Shown: positions 1 to 10,362 of the stretch, piece after piece
Numbering within the stretch: position 1 is the stretch's first letter
How the letters are laid out: every line of letters starts with the position of its first letter
Source of the DNA: Octopus bimaculoides
Lineage: Eukaryota
Reading direction: 5' to 3'
Length of the DNA: 36,879 nucleotides
Assembly (NCBI RefSeq): GCF_001194135.2
Contig: NC_068985.1
Location: forward strand, 45,799,300 to 45,836,178
Program-made: the position numbers and the translations under genes
Notes under the pieces: model-generated
Databases searched by the model: none
What the model saw: only the letters and a program-made list of their open reading frames with translations
Told to the model about the DNA's origin: nothing

Positions 1-73
1 AACCAGCGACGGTAGACGACGAGTCAATGTTTGAATTAGGGGGCGTGTCTGATTACATGAATTACATGAATGG
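1..73 (+). CDS. Weak candidate exon end (PATVDDESMFELGGVSDYMNYMNG), product unknown
   Basis: Only one + frame stays open across the segment. It ends at GG|gtgagg or at TGA. No homology recognised, and the segment is cut by the window edge. Confidence 0.15.
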
Positions 74-204
74 GTGAGGTGGGAAAGGGGGGGAAGATAT
101 GTGATGAATATAGTGGGAGAAACGGGGAGGGGGTCACTCGGGCGGTGGAGATCGTGGTGGTAGATGGTTGTGTTTGTGCTGGTGGTATTTGTGTTGGAAA
201 TGGT

Positions 205-556
205 AGTGGTGTGGCGGGGATGATAAAAATGATGATGATGATGATGATGATGATGGGGGAGTATTAGTGATAATGTCGATGATGATGGTGGTGCTTGTGA
301 TGATGATGTTGTTGATAATAAGGATGATGATGACAGTGGTGGTGGTGGTGGTGGTAGTGGTGGCGGTAGTGGTATTGATGACGATGAGGATGATGATGAT
401 AATGATGATGATGATGATGATGATGATGATGTTGATGGGTGGTGCTTGTGATGATGATTGATGATGATGATGATGATGATGATTATGATGATGGCGATGA
501 TAATGGTGGTGCTTGTGATGATGATGGTGGTGGTGGTCGTGGTAGTGATTGTGGTA

Positions 557-600
<44 letters not shown>

Positions 601-660
601 AACGACGATGACGACGGTGGTGGTGGTGGTGGTTTTTGTGGCGGTTACTGTTAGTGGTGG
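205..660 (+). repeat. Compound (GAT)n/(GGT)n trinucleotide tract
   Basis: Runs of atg/gat/ggt. The landmark ggtgcttgtgatgat recurs three times (near 290, 440, 508). Confidence 0.95.
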
Positions 661-844
661 TGAAAGTTAGGTGGGAATGGGGTGAAATTGTTTAGGAAGG
701 GCTCCCCTGTCACATCACACCTGTCAAGTGTCCAAAGAGACCAAACGAAACATTCCTTTTTTACACGATATTCCCACTGTCTACCTCATCATGATCACGT
801 TGTCCCGCTTTATCCAACCATCTCTCTTGAATAATTCCTCTCAC

Positions 845-1305
845 TACCACCAACCATCACTATTGCTTCAACACCATCACCACATCACAAACATCAACCC
901 CAATATCACCATCGCCAATGCTACTACCATCAACACTACCAACGGCAATATCGCAACTAATGGTACCCTCACCACTACCACCACCACCGGTACCACCTTT
1001 ATCACTATCAGCGCCGCCACCATAACCACAACCATCATCATCACCATCATTATCATCACCCCCACCATCACCACTACCATCACCACCACCACCACCATCA
1101 CCATCGTCATCATCATCATCACCATCATTATCACCATCATCACCACCTTTATCACTATCAGCGCCGCCACCATAACCACAACCATCATCATCACCATCAC
1201 TATCATCACCTCCACCATCACCACTACCATCACCACCACCACTACCATCACCATCGTCATCATCATCATCACCATCATTATCACCATCATCATCATCATC
1301 ATCGC
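845..1305 (+). repeat. Compound (CAT)n/(CAC)n tract with a 150-bp internal tandem duplication
   Basis: atcactatcagcgccgccaccataaccacaacc starts at both 1001 and 1151. The two units differ at only a few positions. Confidence 0.95.
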
Positions 1306-1823
1306 CATCTTGATTTCACTTTCTCCGGTTAATTCTTGACATTCTGTTGTCAAGTGTCTCACAAGGTCTTCTTCCATGAATACTCAACATCCCAGTACCA
1401 GTTTCAAAATCCTCGCTCTCCCCAATAGAGCAGTTTTATGAGCATGTTCTGCCCTCATCGTCAATCCGGATTTCTCCAACGAATTCTTTGAAAACCTGGT
1501 CGCTAATGCTCCCACTGTTTCTACAACTACTAGAATGACAGTTACTTTCCTTAATACCCACATTCGTACAATCTCATATTTTAGTGGTTCGTACTTCTCA
1601 ATCTTTTCCAGTTCTTTGTCATCTACTCGTGCATCTCCAAATATGGCAATATCTATGATCTTGGTTTGTCTCTTCATTTTGTCAGCTACAACAATGTCTG
1701 GTCTCCGAGCATCAACCACCGAATCACATCGGATTGTAAAATCCCACAAGATCTTGCACTCATAATTCTCAGTGAAGCGTTTTGATTTATACTCGTACCA
1801 TTCAAGATCGTACTTCTCACAAA

Positions 1824-1824
<1 letters not shown>
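1306..1824 (-). mobile_element. 5'-truncated RLE-type non-LTR retrotransposon (R4/Dong-like): endonuclease domain plus 3' UTR
   Basis: 1824-1384 reads ICEKYDLEWYE...KILWDFTIRCDSVVDARRPDIVVADK...IIDIAIFGDARVDDKELEKIEKYEPLK...TALLGRARILKLVLGC*. This has the PD-(D/E)xK pattern of R2-group elements. The upstream CCHC and RT domains are absent. A 7-bp hairpin lies in the 3' UTR (1335-1354). Confidence 0.88.
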
Positions 1825-1911
<87 letters not shown>

Positions 1912-1931
1912 TCTATTGTTGTTGTTGTTAA
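1825..1931. repeat. (TTA)n microsatellite grading into (TTG)n
   Basis: About 29 att units next to the retrotransposon 5' junction, ending at a gap. Confidence 0.97.
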
Positions 1932-2784
1932 NNNNNNNNNNNNNNNNNNNNNNNNNNNNNNNNNNNNNNNNNNNNNNNNNNNNNNNNNNNNNNNNNNNNN
2001 NNNNNNNNNNNNNNNNNNNNNNNNNNNNNNNNNNNNNNNNNNNNNNNNNNNNNNNNNNNNNNNNNNNNNNNNNNNNNNNNNNNNNNNNNNNNNNNNNNNN
2101 NNNNNNNNNNNNNNNNNNNNNNNNNNNNNNNNNNNNNNNNNNNNNNNNNNNNNNNNNNNNNNNNNNNNNNNNNNNNNNNNNNNNNNNNNNNNNNNNNNNN
2201 NNNNNNNNNNNNNNNNNNNNNNNNNNNNNNNNNNNNNNNNNNNNNNNNNNNNNNNNNNNNNNNNNNNNNNNNNNNNNNNNNNNNNNNNNNNNNNNNNNNN
2301 NNNNNNNNNNNNNNNNNNNNNNNNNNNNNNNNNNNNNNNNNNNNNNNNNNNNNNNNNNNNNNNNNNNNNNNNNNNNNNNNNNNNNNNNNNNNNNNNNNNN
2401 NNNNNNNNNNNNNNNNNNNNNNNNNNNNNNNNNNNNNNNNNNNNNNNNNNNNNNNNNNNNNNNNNNNNNNNNNNNNNNNNNNNNNNNNNNNNNNNNNNNN
2501 NNNNNNNNNNNNNNNNNNNNNNNNNNNNNNNNNNNNNNNNNNNNNNNNNNNNNNNNNNNNNNNNNNNNNNNNNNNNNNNNNNNNNNNNNNNNNNNNNNNN
2601 NNNNNNNNNNNNNNNNNNNNNNNNNNNNNNNNNNNNNNNNNNNNNNNNNNNNNNNNNNNNNNNNNNNNNNNNNNNNNNNNNNNNNNNNNNNNNNNNNNNN
2701 NNNNNNNNNNNNNNNNNNNNNNNNNNNNNNNNNNNNNNNNNNNNNNNNNNNNNNNNNNNNNTATATATATATATATATATATAT

Positions 2785-2834
<50 letters not shown>

Positions 2835-3398
2835 GTTCATACATATATTTATACACGTGTGTGTGTGTGTGTGTGTGTGTGTGAGTATATATCAAAATAA
2901 CAGTGAAAACCTGAGAGACAATTAACGTTAAAAGGAAAAGAGCAGAAGAACAGACGTGAATAAATTTAATTCGTCACGCAAGTTTTTCTGTAGTCATTAG
3001 GATTTTGGAATAGGAAAAACTTGGTATCGTTCGTCTGGGAAGCAAAATGGAGTCATGTCTCACAAATAGAAACACATGTATGCATGCATACATGTGTCTA
3101 TAGATGCGTGTGTGTATGTACATATGCATGCGTGTTTGTATATTTTAATGTAGGTAATATAATAATATATTAGATAAGCTGTTAGTATGATGGGGGGGGG
3201 GGAGCTATTATAAATTTGAACAGCACCTCCCACTGAGAATCTAACTACAAGATTCCACCCGTGAGTGAACATGGGACAGCATGCCAGTGTCTGGGTGGGG
3301 ACTTAATTGGTCTTCGACAACACCATCATCGATCCATCCCCACTCCAACATAAGCATCACCCAGCATCAGCATCAGCATCAGCATCAACAAGACTTAC

Positions 3399-3558
3399 CA
3401 GCGCTGCATACGCCATCAATGCAACGGTGGAAAGAGTGAGGTCAGACAGCCTTGAATTGTAAGGTGGAAGATTGGACGTTGGACTGGTTGGAGGGGGGCG
3501 GTTGTTGCTATGTATGGTTACAGCTGACTGAACACATGGTTGCAGCGAACAGAATCTG
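3399..3558 (-). CDS. Candidate internal exon, product unknown
   Basis: Acceptor ttcattgttccgtatag| (alternative CAG| at 3555) and strong donor CTG|gtaagt. One open frame: RFCSLQPCVQSAVTIHSNNRPPPTSPTSNLPPYNSRLSDLTLSTVALMAYAAL. The other two frames have stops. Confidence 0.3.
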
Positions 3559-4556
3559 CTATACGGAACAATGAACATTCATATACAAATGTAGGTGCGA
3601 TTGGATTGTCTTAATTACGATCTTTCTACCTACTTATCTCAATCTATCTATCTATCTATCTATCTATTATATATATATATATATATATATATATNNNNNN
3701 NNNNNNNNNNNNNNNNNNNNNNNNNNNNNNNNNNNNNNNNNNNNNNNNNNNNNNNNNNNNNNNNNNNNNNNNNNNNNNNNNNNNNNNNNNNNNNNNNNNN
3801 NNNNNNNNNNNNNNNNNNNNNNNNNNNNNNNNNNNNNNNNNNNNNNNNNNNNNNNNNNNNNNNNNNNNNNNNNNNNNNNNNNNNNNNNNNNNNNNNNNNN
3901 NNNNNNNNNNNNNNNNNNNNNNNNNNNNNNNNNNNNNNNNNNNNNNNNNNNNNNNNNNNNNNNNNNNNNNNNNNNNNNNNNNNNNNNNNNNNNNNNNNNN
4001 NNNNNNNNNNNNNNNNNNNNNNNNNNNNNNNNNNNNNNNNNNNNNNNNNNNNNNNNNNNNNNNNNNNNNNNNNNNNNNNNNNNNNNNNNNNNNNNNNNNN
4101 NNNNNNNNNNNNNNNNNNNNNNNNNNNNNNNNNNNNNNNNNNNNNNNNNNNNNNNNNNNNNNNNNNNNNNNNNNNNNNNNNNNNNNNNNNNNNNNNNNNN
4201 NNNNNNNNNNNNNNNNNNNNNNNNNNNNNNNNNNNNNNNNNNNNNNNNNNNNNNNNNNNNNNNNNNNNNNNNNNNNNNNNNNNNNNNNNNNNNNNNNNNN
4301 NNNNNNNNNNNNNNNNNNNNNNNNNNNNNNNNNNNNNNNNNNNNNNNNNNNNNNNNNNNNNNNNNNNNNNNNNNNNNNNNNNNNNNNNNNNNNNNNNNNN
4401 NNNNNNNNNNNNNNNNNNNNNNNNNNNNNNNNNNNNNNNNNNNNNNNNNNNNNNNNNNNNNNNNNNNNNNNNNNNNNNNNNNNNNNNNNNNNNNNNNNNN
4501 NNNNNNNNNNNNNNNNNNNNNNNNNNNNNNNNNNNNNNNNNNNNNNNNNNNNNNNN

Positions 4557-4593
<37 letters not shown>

Positions 4594-4935
4594 TTATACA
4601 TAAAATGTTGATGACCATGTGTATTAAGGGGGAATGATTGTGTGTCTGTATAGTAAACAGCTTTCCATATCATTTGTTCGCTAAGTCAATCGTAACATTA
4701 GACAAACTACGACCCATGCGTGTTTCACACACGCATGCGCACAATACATAAAGGGTCACGGTTTTACGCTATACATGCTCTATTTGCAGGCGTCCAACTC
4801 TTCGTACAATAGGCATAGACGCATACATATACATAAATTATACACACACATGCACATATATATATACACGTATATATGTGTGTGTAGATGCTTATAATAA
4901 TATATGTATACACATACATGTATGCATATGTATTC

Positions 4936-5098
4936 GTAGGCATGGTTGTGTGGTTCAGACATTGGCTTCGCAACCAAATAGATCCGTGTTGGATCCCACT
5001 GCGAGGCACCTTGGAAAATTGTCTTCTGCCAAAGCTTTGTGTTGATGAAAACTTTGTGAGTGGTATTTGCTAAGCAGAAACTGTGTATTCGCCCATCA
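4936..5098 (+). mobile_element. Degenerate tRNA-derived SINE (family C) 5' part
   Basis: ggttgtgtggtt...gatcccactgcgaggcaccttggaaaattgtcttct...ttgtgagtgg aligns by eye to the copy at 30723-31110. Confidence 0.6.
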
Positions 5099-5108
5099 CA
5101 CACACACA

Positions 5109-5148
<40 letters not shown>

Positions 5149-5234
5149 ACTTTTATAAGTAATATTCTAAAAGAATATGTAACTGAACTTATATTGAGTG
5201 CTCTATTATTTTGAGCAAATAAATATATATATAT

Positions 5235-5376
5235 GTATTTTTATATTATTAATAAATTCATAAACTTATCAATAATATTACCAATGTCATATTGGATATA
5301 TATCTTTCGAAATATTAAATATTGATTTCCTGAGAATATTATTGATAAGTTAATCAATTTATTAATAATATAAAAA

Positions 5377-5379
<3 letters not shown>
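5235..5379. repeat. 145-bp AT-rich foldback (possible MITE) inside (TA)n
   Basis: Arms 5235-5279 and 5335-5379 are reverse complements (45 bp, 3 mismatches) with a 55-bp spacer. Confidence 0.8.
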
Positions 5380-5413
<34 letters not shown>

Positions 5414-5669
5414 ATGCGGTATCATAAAGCAAAAATATAATCGTCACTAAATGCGTCTAAGGGTGTCAAGACACCTACATTNNNNNNNNNNNNNNNNNNN
5501 NNNNNNNNNNNNNNNNNNNNNNNNNNNNNNNNNNNNNNNNNNNNNNNNNNNNNNNNNNNNNNNNNNNNNNNNNNNNNNNNNNNNNNNNNNNNNNNNNNNN
5601 NNNNNNNNNNNNNNNNNNNNNNNNNNNNNNNNNNNNNNNNNNNNNNNNNNNNNNNNNNNNNNNNNNNNN

Positions 5670-5772
5670 GAAACGTCAAAGACTTTCCGTATTCCCGAGC
5701 GTCATACTAATATATACTTTTGTTATTTACACCACCTGTCCTCGTCTGTTGTTATTATTTGTATATTCTCCC
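5670..5772 (+). mobile_element. Penelope-like element 3' tail starting with the 3' half of a minimal hammerhead (GAAAC-GTC-AAAGA)
   Basis: Homologous by eye (roughly 85%) to 33937-34043. It ends at (TA)n, and its 5' part lies in the gap. Confidence 0.65.
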
Positions 5773-5809
5773 ATATATATATATATATATATATAGATAT
5801 ATATATATA

Positions 5810-6110
5810 AGGATACTTTTCGTAAGGAGATAAAAATAAACCAAGGCTGTGTATAATATAGAACATTCATAAATAGGTCTTACCGCTGTTTCCAGGATAT
5901 TTATTATATCCCTTCATCGGGACGGTGTGAGAGGATGATTAAGCAATAGTTAGTTTAGATAAGATAGGAAATAGAGAGTGAATGTAGGGATAATGTATTT
6001 GTAAATCCATTGTTTAGGCAGAATGGTATACATATAAGATTCCAATACCTTGTGAGTAAAATCCACTAGTTCTTAAGATTGGTCATTGCCTTTGTAAATC
6101 CGGGTAAATT
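5810..6110 (-). mobile_element. Penelope-like element 3'/pLTR remnant (second family)
   Basis: Contains a hammerhead-like motif, ends at (TA)n, and lies on the same strand as the PLE-like protein remnant at 6305-6490. Confidence 0.6.
5877..5923 (-). ncRNA. Degenerate minimal hammerhead ribozyme motif
   Basis: GTC-CCGATGA-A-GGGATAT-aataa-ATATCCT-G-GAAA-CAGCGGTA-AGAC. It shows a C(U/C)GAUGA core, a 7-bp stem II, GAAA, a GTA triplet and a GTC/GAC stem I. Confidence 0.6.
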
Positions 6111-6114
6111 GGGG

Positions 6115-6302
6115 ATCCACGGCAATAAATCGGTTATACGTCCATAATACATAAAATATTTTATTTTTATACAAGTCCTAATAATATTTAATTATAAATG
6201 TACAATGAGATTTTTTAAACATCGAATGGCTACGAGGGTCCATCCAAGTAAAATAGGAATCAAAGGAGTCCATAAGTAAAAAAAAATGGTTGATAACCCC
6301 TG
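6115..6302 (-). mobile_element. hAT-like non-autonomous element fragment
   Basis: Begins CAGGGGTTATCAACC, a hAT-type terminus, and separates the two Penelope-like pieces. The second end is not recognisable. Confidence 0.4.
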
Positions 6303-6304
6303 GT

Positions 6305-6490
6305 TAAGAGTATGCGGTGGTATATAGTTCATATATATTCTTCGATTTGTCTGCAAATATGTAGACGTTGGGATTCTTTAAAGGTTGTATGTAGTTACGT
6401 GCAGTGTTTCTTCAGAAGTCTGTGTTTTGTCGAAATTTTATTTTATTTTTTTTATTAGTTTGATGATATCGGATTCAGAATTTTCCGGTA
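6305..6490 (-). pseudogene. Penelope-like retroelement ORF remnant (RT N-terminal region)
   Basis: SESDIIKLIKKIK, then a frameshift, then KFRQNTDF*RNTARNYIQPLKNPNVYIFADKSKNIYEL (6438-6325). This matches the PLE motif FExDL..LI..IKFR...V.ADK..N.Y as I recall it. Confidence 0.7.
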
Positions 6491-6738
6491 TCAATAAATT
6501 AAGTAGCAACCATGTATTGCTGAGGACGATATCCGCTTTCCTTTTCTAAATGTGTGACCTTGTCTTGTATCTGGAAGGCAGAGTTATAGACACGGTCAAA
6601 GATCGAACTGAGTCTTCTTCCTCTTTGGTGGTATTTCTATTTGATGGGTCAACTTAGAGATAAAGAAAGACATACATACAGACAGAGACAGATTGTGTGT
6701 ATGTGCGTATGAGAGAGAGAGAAAGAGTGACAAAGATT

Positions 6739-7141
6739 ATTGTTGTTGTTGTTGTTGTTGTTGGTACTCCGTCGTTTACGATGTCGAGGGTTCCAGTTGA
6801 TACGATCAACGGAACAGCCTGCTTAGTGAAATTAACGTGCAAGTGGATGAGCACTCCACAGACACGTGTACCCTTAATGTAGTTCTCGGGGACATTCAAC
6901 GTGACACAGTGTGACAAGGCTGGCCCTTTGAATTACAGGCACAACAGAAACAGGAAGTAAGAGTGAGAGAAAGTTATGGTAGAAGAGTACAGCAGGGTTC
7001 GCCACCATCCCCTGCCGGAGCCTCGTGGAGCTTTAGGTGTTTTCGCTCAATAAACATTCACAACGCCCGGTCTGGGAATCGAAACCACGATCCTATGACC
7101 GCGAGTCCGCTGCTCTAAACACTGGGCCATTGCGCCTCCAC
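6739..7141 (-). mobile_element. Full-length tRNA-derived SINE (family B) with (AAC)n tail and 11-bp TSD
   Basis: A box TGGCCCAGTGTTT, B box GGTTTCGATTCCC, and TSD TGACAAAGATT at 6728-6738 and 7142-7152. Confidence 0.9.
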
Positions 7142-7219
7142 TGACAAAGATTGTATGTGTGTGTAAACAAAAGGATATGTATGTATGTGTTGCGTTGACA
7201 ATAATATAGGCTGTTACAG

Positions 7220-7270
7220 GTAAGATATACAATCAATACTAATTTGGTCTCAGTTTACTTACTCTCGCAG
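7220..7270 (+). other. 51-nt intron-like cassette
   Basis: CAG|gtaaga ... tactaat ... ttacttactctcgcag|G. Confidence 0.35.
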
Positions 7271-7344
7271 GTGCGTCAATTCATTTGCTCTCCGGTAACT
7301 TGGGTTCTAACTGTATCATACCAGCCCATTACATGATGGAACAG

Positions 7345-7715
7345 ACCGACCTCAATACTCGACCTGTTCATTATTTTATCGACTCTAGTAAAATGAGAGG
7401 TAAATTTGACCATAATACAATTTGAACTCAAAATTTAAAGTGTCAGTCTAAATACCACAAGGCATTTAAGTGGACGCTATGACGATTCCACTAACCCACC
7501 AATAACAATAAATACAAGGCCGGGAAAGGAGACAATCGATTACATCGGCCCTAGTATTTTCTCTTTTGTCTTCTTTTGTGGGGTGTGTCTTTTTCCACCC
7601 TGAAGAAAATGAAAGAGTATCGTCGACCTCAACTGGATTTGAACTTATAACGTAAACAGCCGGTACAAACACCGCAAGGTATTTGTGTCGACATTCTAGC
7701 GATTCTGCCACCCCA
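7345..7715 (-). mobile_element. Two degenerate SINE family A copies
   Basis: Remnants of the core ttatcgacccc-gaaaggatgaaagg-gtcgacctc-atttgaac and the head gattctgcca. Confidence 0.65.
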
Positions 7716-8105
7716 TTGCTCCTCAGTTACAGTTCTTTAGGCTGTGAGTTCAAATCTCGCTGAAGATGATAAAATATGCACCAATCAAGGACTGAAAGAG
7801 ATTAAATCGACGACACTGTGTCTCTTTTATTTTACTCATCAGTCAAAGTTAGGCAACCACGTGGTACGCGCCATCTTTATTGTTGTTGTTGTTGTTGTTT
7901 TCTTTGAAATTATTGGGTTTATTATTTATGTCATTATTGTTATTATTGATATTATTATTGTTATTGTTATTTTATTATTGTTATTATTGTTTTCGTTATT
8001 ATTGCAATATTTATGCAGAAATTTCAACAAATCAACATCGCAGTTTCAACTACTCGTGGGTTTTGTTTGAAATTTTTTTAGCAGGTTTCCATAACAACAA
8101 CAATA

Positions 8106-8136
<31 letters not shown>

Positions 8137-8309
8137 GAATGACGACGACGATGATTTTTTTCTCAGTTTCATATTCAAAATGAGATTAAATTCTTCCACT
8201 AACACGCATACACACAAACGCACAAATCTACACACATACATGCACACGAATATACATTTAAACACACTCACATACATATAAGTACACATATATAAACCAA
8301 CACATTCAT

Positions 8310-8349
<40 letters not shown>

Positions 8350-8682
8350 CAATATACACACACACATGACACGTTGAGACACTACTGTACACTACACTAC
8401 ACTATGCAACATACCATGCATACCACACATAAGATACATATTTACAACAANNNNNNNNNNNNNNNNNNNNNNNNNNNNNNNNNNNNNNNNNNNNNNNNNN
8501 NNNNNNNNNNNNNNNNNNNNNNNNNNNNNNNNNNNNNNNNNNNNNNNNNNNNNNNNNNNNNNNNNNNNNNNNNNNNNNNNNNNNNNNNNNNNNNNNNNNN
8601 NNNNNNNNNNNNNNNNNNNNNNNNNNNNNNNNNNNNNNNNNNNNNNNNNNNNNNNNNNNNNNNNNNNNNNNNNNNNNNNNNN

Positions 8683-8819
8683 GCTGCTGGGTTTTTGGAA
8701 TAGGAAGACACTGCCTACTGGGATTTAAATGAAAAATACTGACTGTTGGGGGTCTTAATGCGGAAAGCCACTGGTTGTTGGATATTAAAAGGGAAAGCTA
8801 TTGGATTGTTGGGTCTTAA
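8683..8819 (+). repeat. Degenerate ~29-31 bp minisatellite, at least 4.5 units, running into a gap
   Basis: Approximate consensus ggaaagccactgrytgttgggtcttaa. Confidence 0.65.
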
Positions 8820-8963
8820 CCCTTTTTTTTTTCACAGCGGAAATCAGATACAGCCACTCAAAATTTCATTACCCTTAGCTACGAAAAACAGTTTTATATA
8901 CTAATCTATCTTTTGTTGAGGAATGTTAAGTTTGGAATTATCTTTTTTTTGGGGGGGGGGATA

Positions 8964-9492
8964 TAGGTGCAGGAGTGGCTGTGTGGCAAGAAGTTTGCTC
9001 CCCAGCTGCATGACTCCGGATTCAGTCCCACTGTGTGTAGCCTCAAGCCAACCAAAACCTTGTGAGATGGAAACTCAGTATACGATAGGCATACACGCAA
9101 ACATATGTATACATTATACACACACATGCACATATATACATATGTACACATATGTGTGTATGTGTCTAAACGGAAACTAAAAGAAGCCCGTAGTAGATTA
9201 AAGTAAAAAATGCAAAAGCAAAACATTTAGCATCACTCGAAAAAGACATTTAATTCAGATAGAGAATATAAATGTGTGCGCGCGTGTGTGCGTGCGTGTG
9301 TGTGACCAGCGTTTGACAACCGGTCTGTTGGTGTGTTTACGTCCCTGTGACTTAGCGGTTGGGCGGAAAATACTTATAGAATAAGTACCAGGCTTAAAAA
9401 AAGAAAATAAGTACAGGGGCGGATTAGTTTTTCAAGACGGTGCTCCAGCATAGCCGCAGTCTAATGACTGAAACAAGTAAAACAAATAAAAG
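8964..9492 (+). mobile_element. Interrupted SINE family C
   Basis: Head ggtgcaggagtggctgtgtgg; 3' part gtttgacaaccgg...gacggtgctccagcatagccgcagtctaatgactgaaacaagtaaa. Confidence 0.8.
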
Positions 9493-9585
9493 ATAAAAGG
9501 TCTGTCAAATTTTCTGCGGCAACGTGTCTTGCAGAAAATACCAATTCTATTTCTTGGTCGACATTTAACATCGTTATTGAAATAA

Positions 9586-9787
9586 AGGCGGCGTGCTGGC
9601 AGAATCGTTAGCACACCGGACAAATGATTAGTGTCATTTCGTTCGTCTTTACGTTCTGAGTTCAAATTCCGCCGAGGTCAACTTTGCCTTTCATCGATTA
9701 AATAAGTTACCAGTTACGCACTGCAGTCGATGTAATCAGCTATCCCCCTCCCGCAAACTTCAGGCCTTGTGCCTAGAGTAGAAAGGA
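9586..9787 (+). mobile_element. SINE family A (tail type 2) with probable 12-bp TSD
   Basis: Head ggcggcgtgctggcagaatcgttagc, B box gagttcaaattcc. Flanks are ttattgaaataa (9574) and ttattaaaataa (9788). Confidence 0.9.
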
Positions 9788-9871
9788 TTATTAAAATAAC
9801 CATAAAATTTAATTCTGCAGTTACGAGTTAACTTCCGCCATACCTACATACACATATATACATAAACACAC

Positions 9872-9918
<47 letters not shown>

Positions 9919-10362
9919 NNNNNNNNNNNNNNNNNNNNNNNNNNNNNNNNNNNNNNNNNNNNNNNNNNNNNNNNNNNNNNNNNNNNNNNNNNNNNNNNNN
10001 NNNNNNNNNNNNNNNNNNNNNNNNNNNNNNNNNNNNNNNNNNNNNNNNNNNNNNNNNNNNNNNNNNNNNNNNNNNNNNNNNNNNNNNNNNNNNNNNNNNN
10101 NNNNNNNNNNNNNNNNNNNNNNNNNNNNNNNNNNNNNNNNNNNNNNNNNNNNNNNNNNNNNNNNNNNNNNNNNNNNNNNNNNNNNNNNNNNNNNNNNNNN
10201 NNNNNNNNNNNNNNNNNNNNNNNNNNNNNNNNNNNNNNNNNNNNNNNNNNNNNNNNNNNNNNNNNNNNNNNNNNNNNNNNNNNNNNNNNNNNNNNNNNNN
10301 NNNNNNNNNNNNNNNNNNNNNNNNNAGGACTTTTTTTTCTTCTCAGAATAACTATAGTTATA

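Noticed and set aside
70-1377. Poly-M/V/D/T/I ORFs (e.g. 728-1339, 877-1377)
   Set aside because: They are translations of trinucleotide repeats and are open in several frames.
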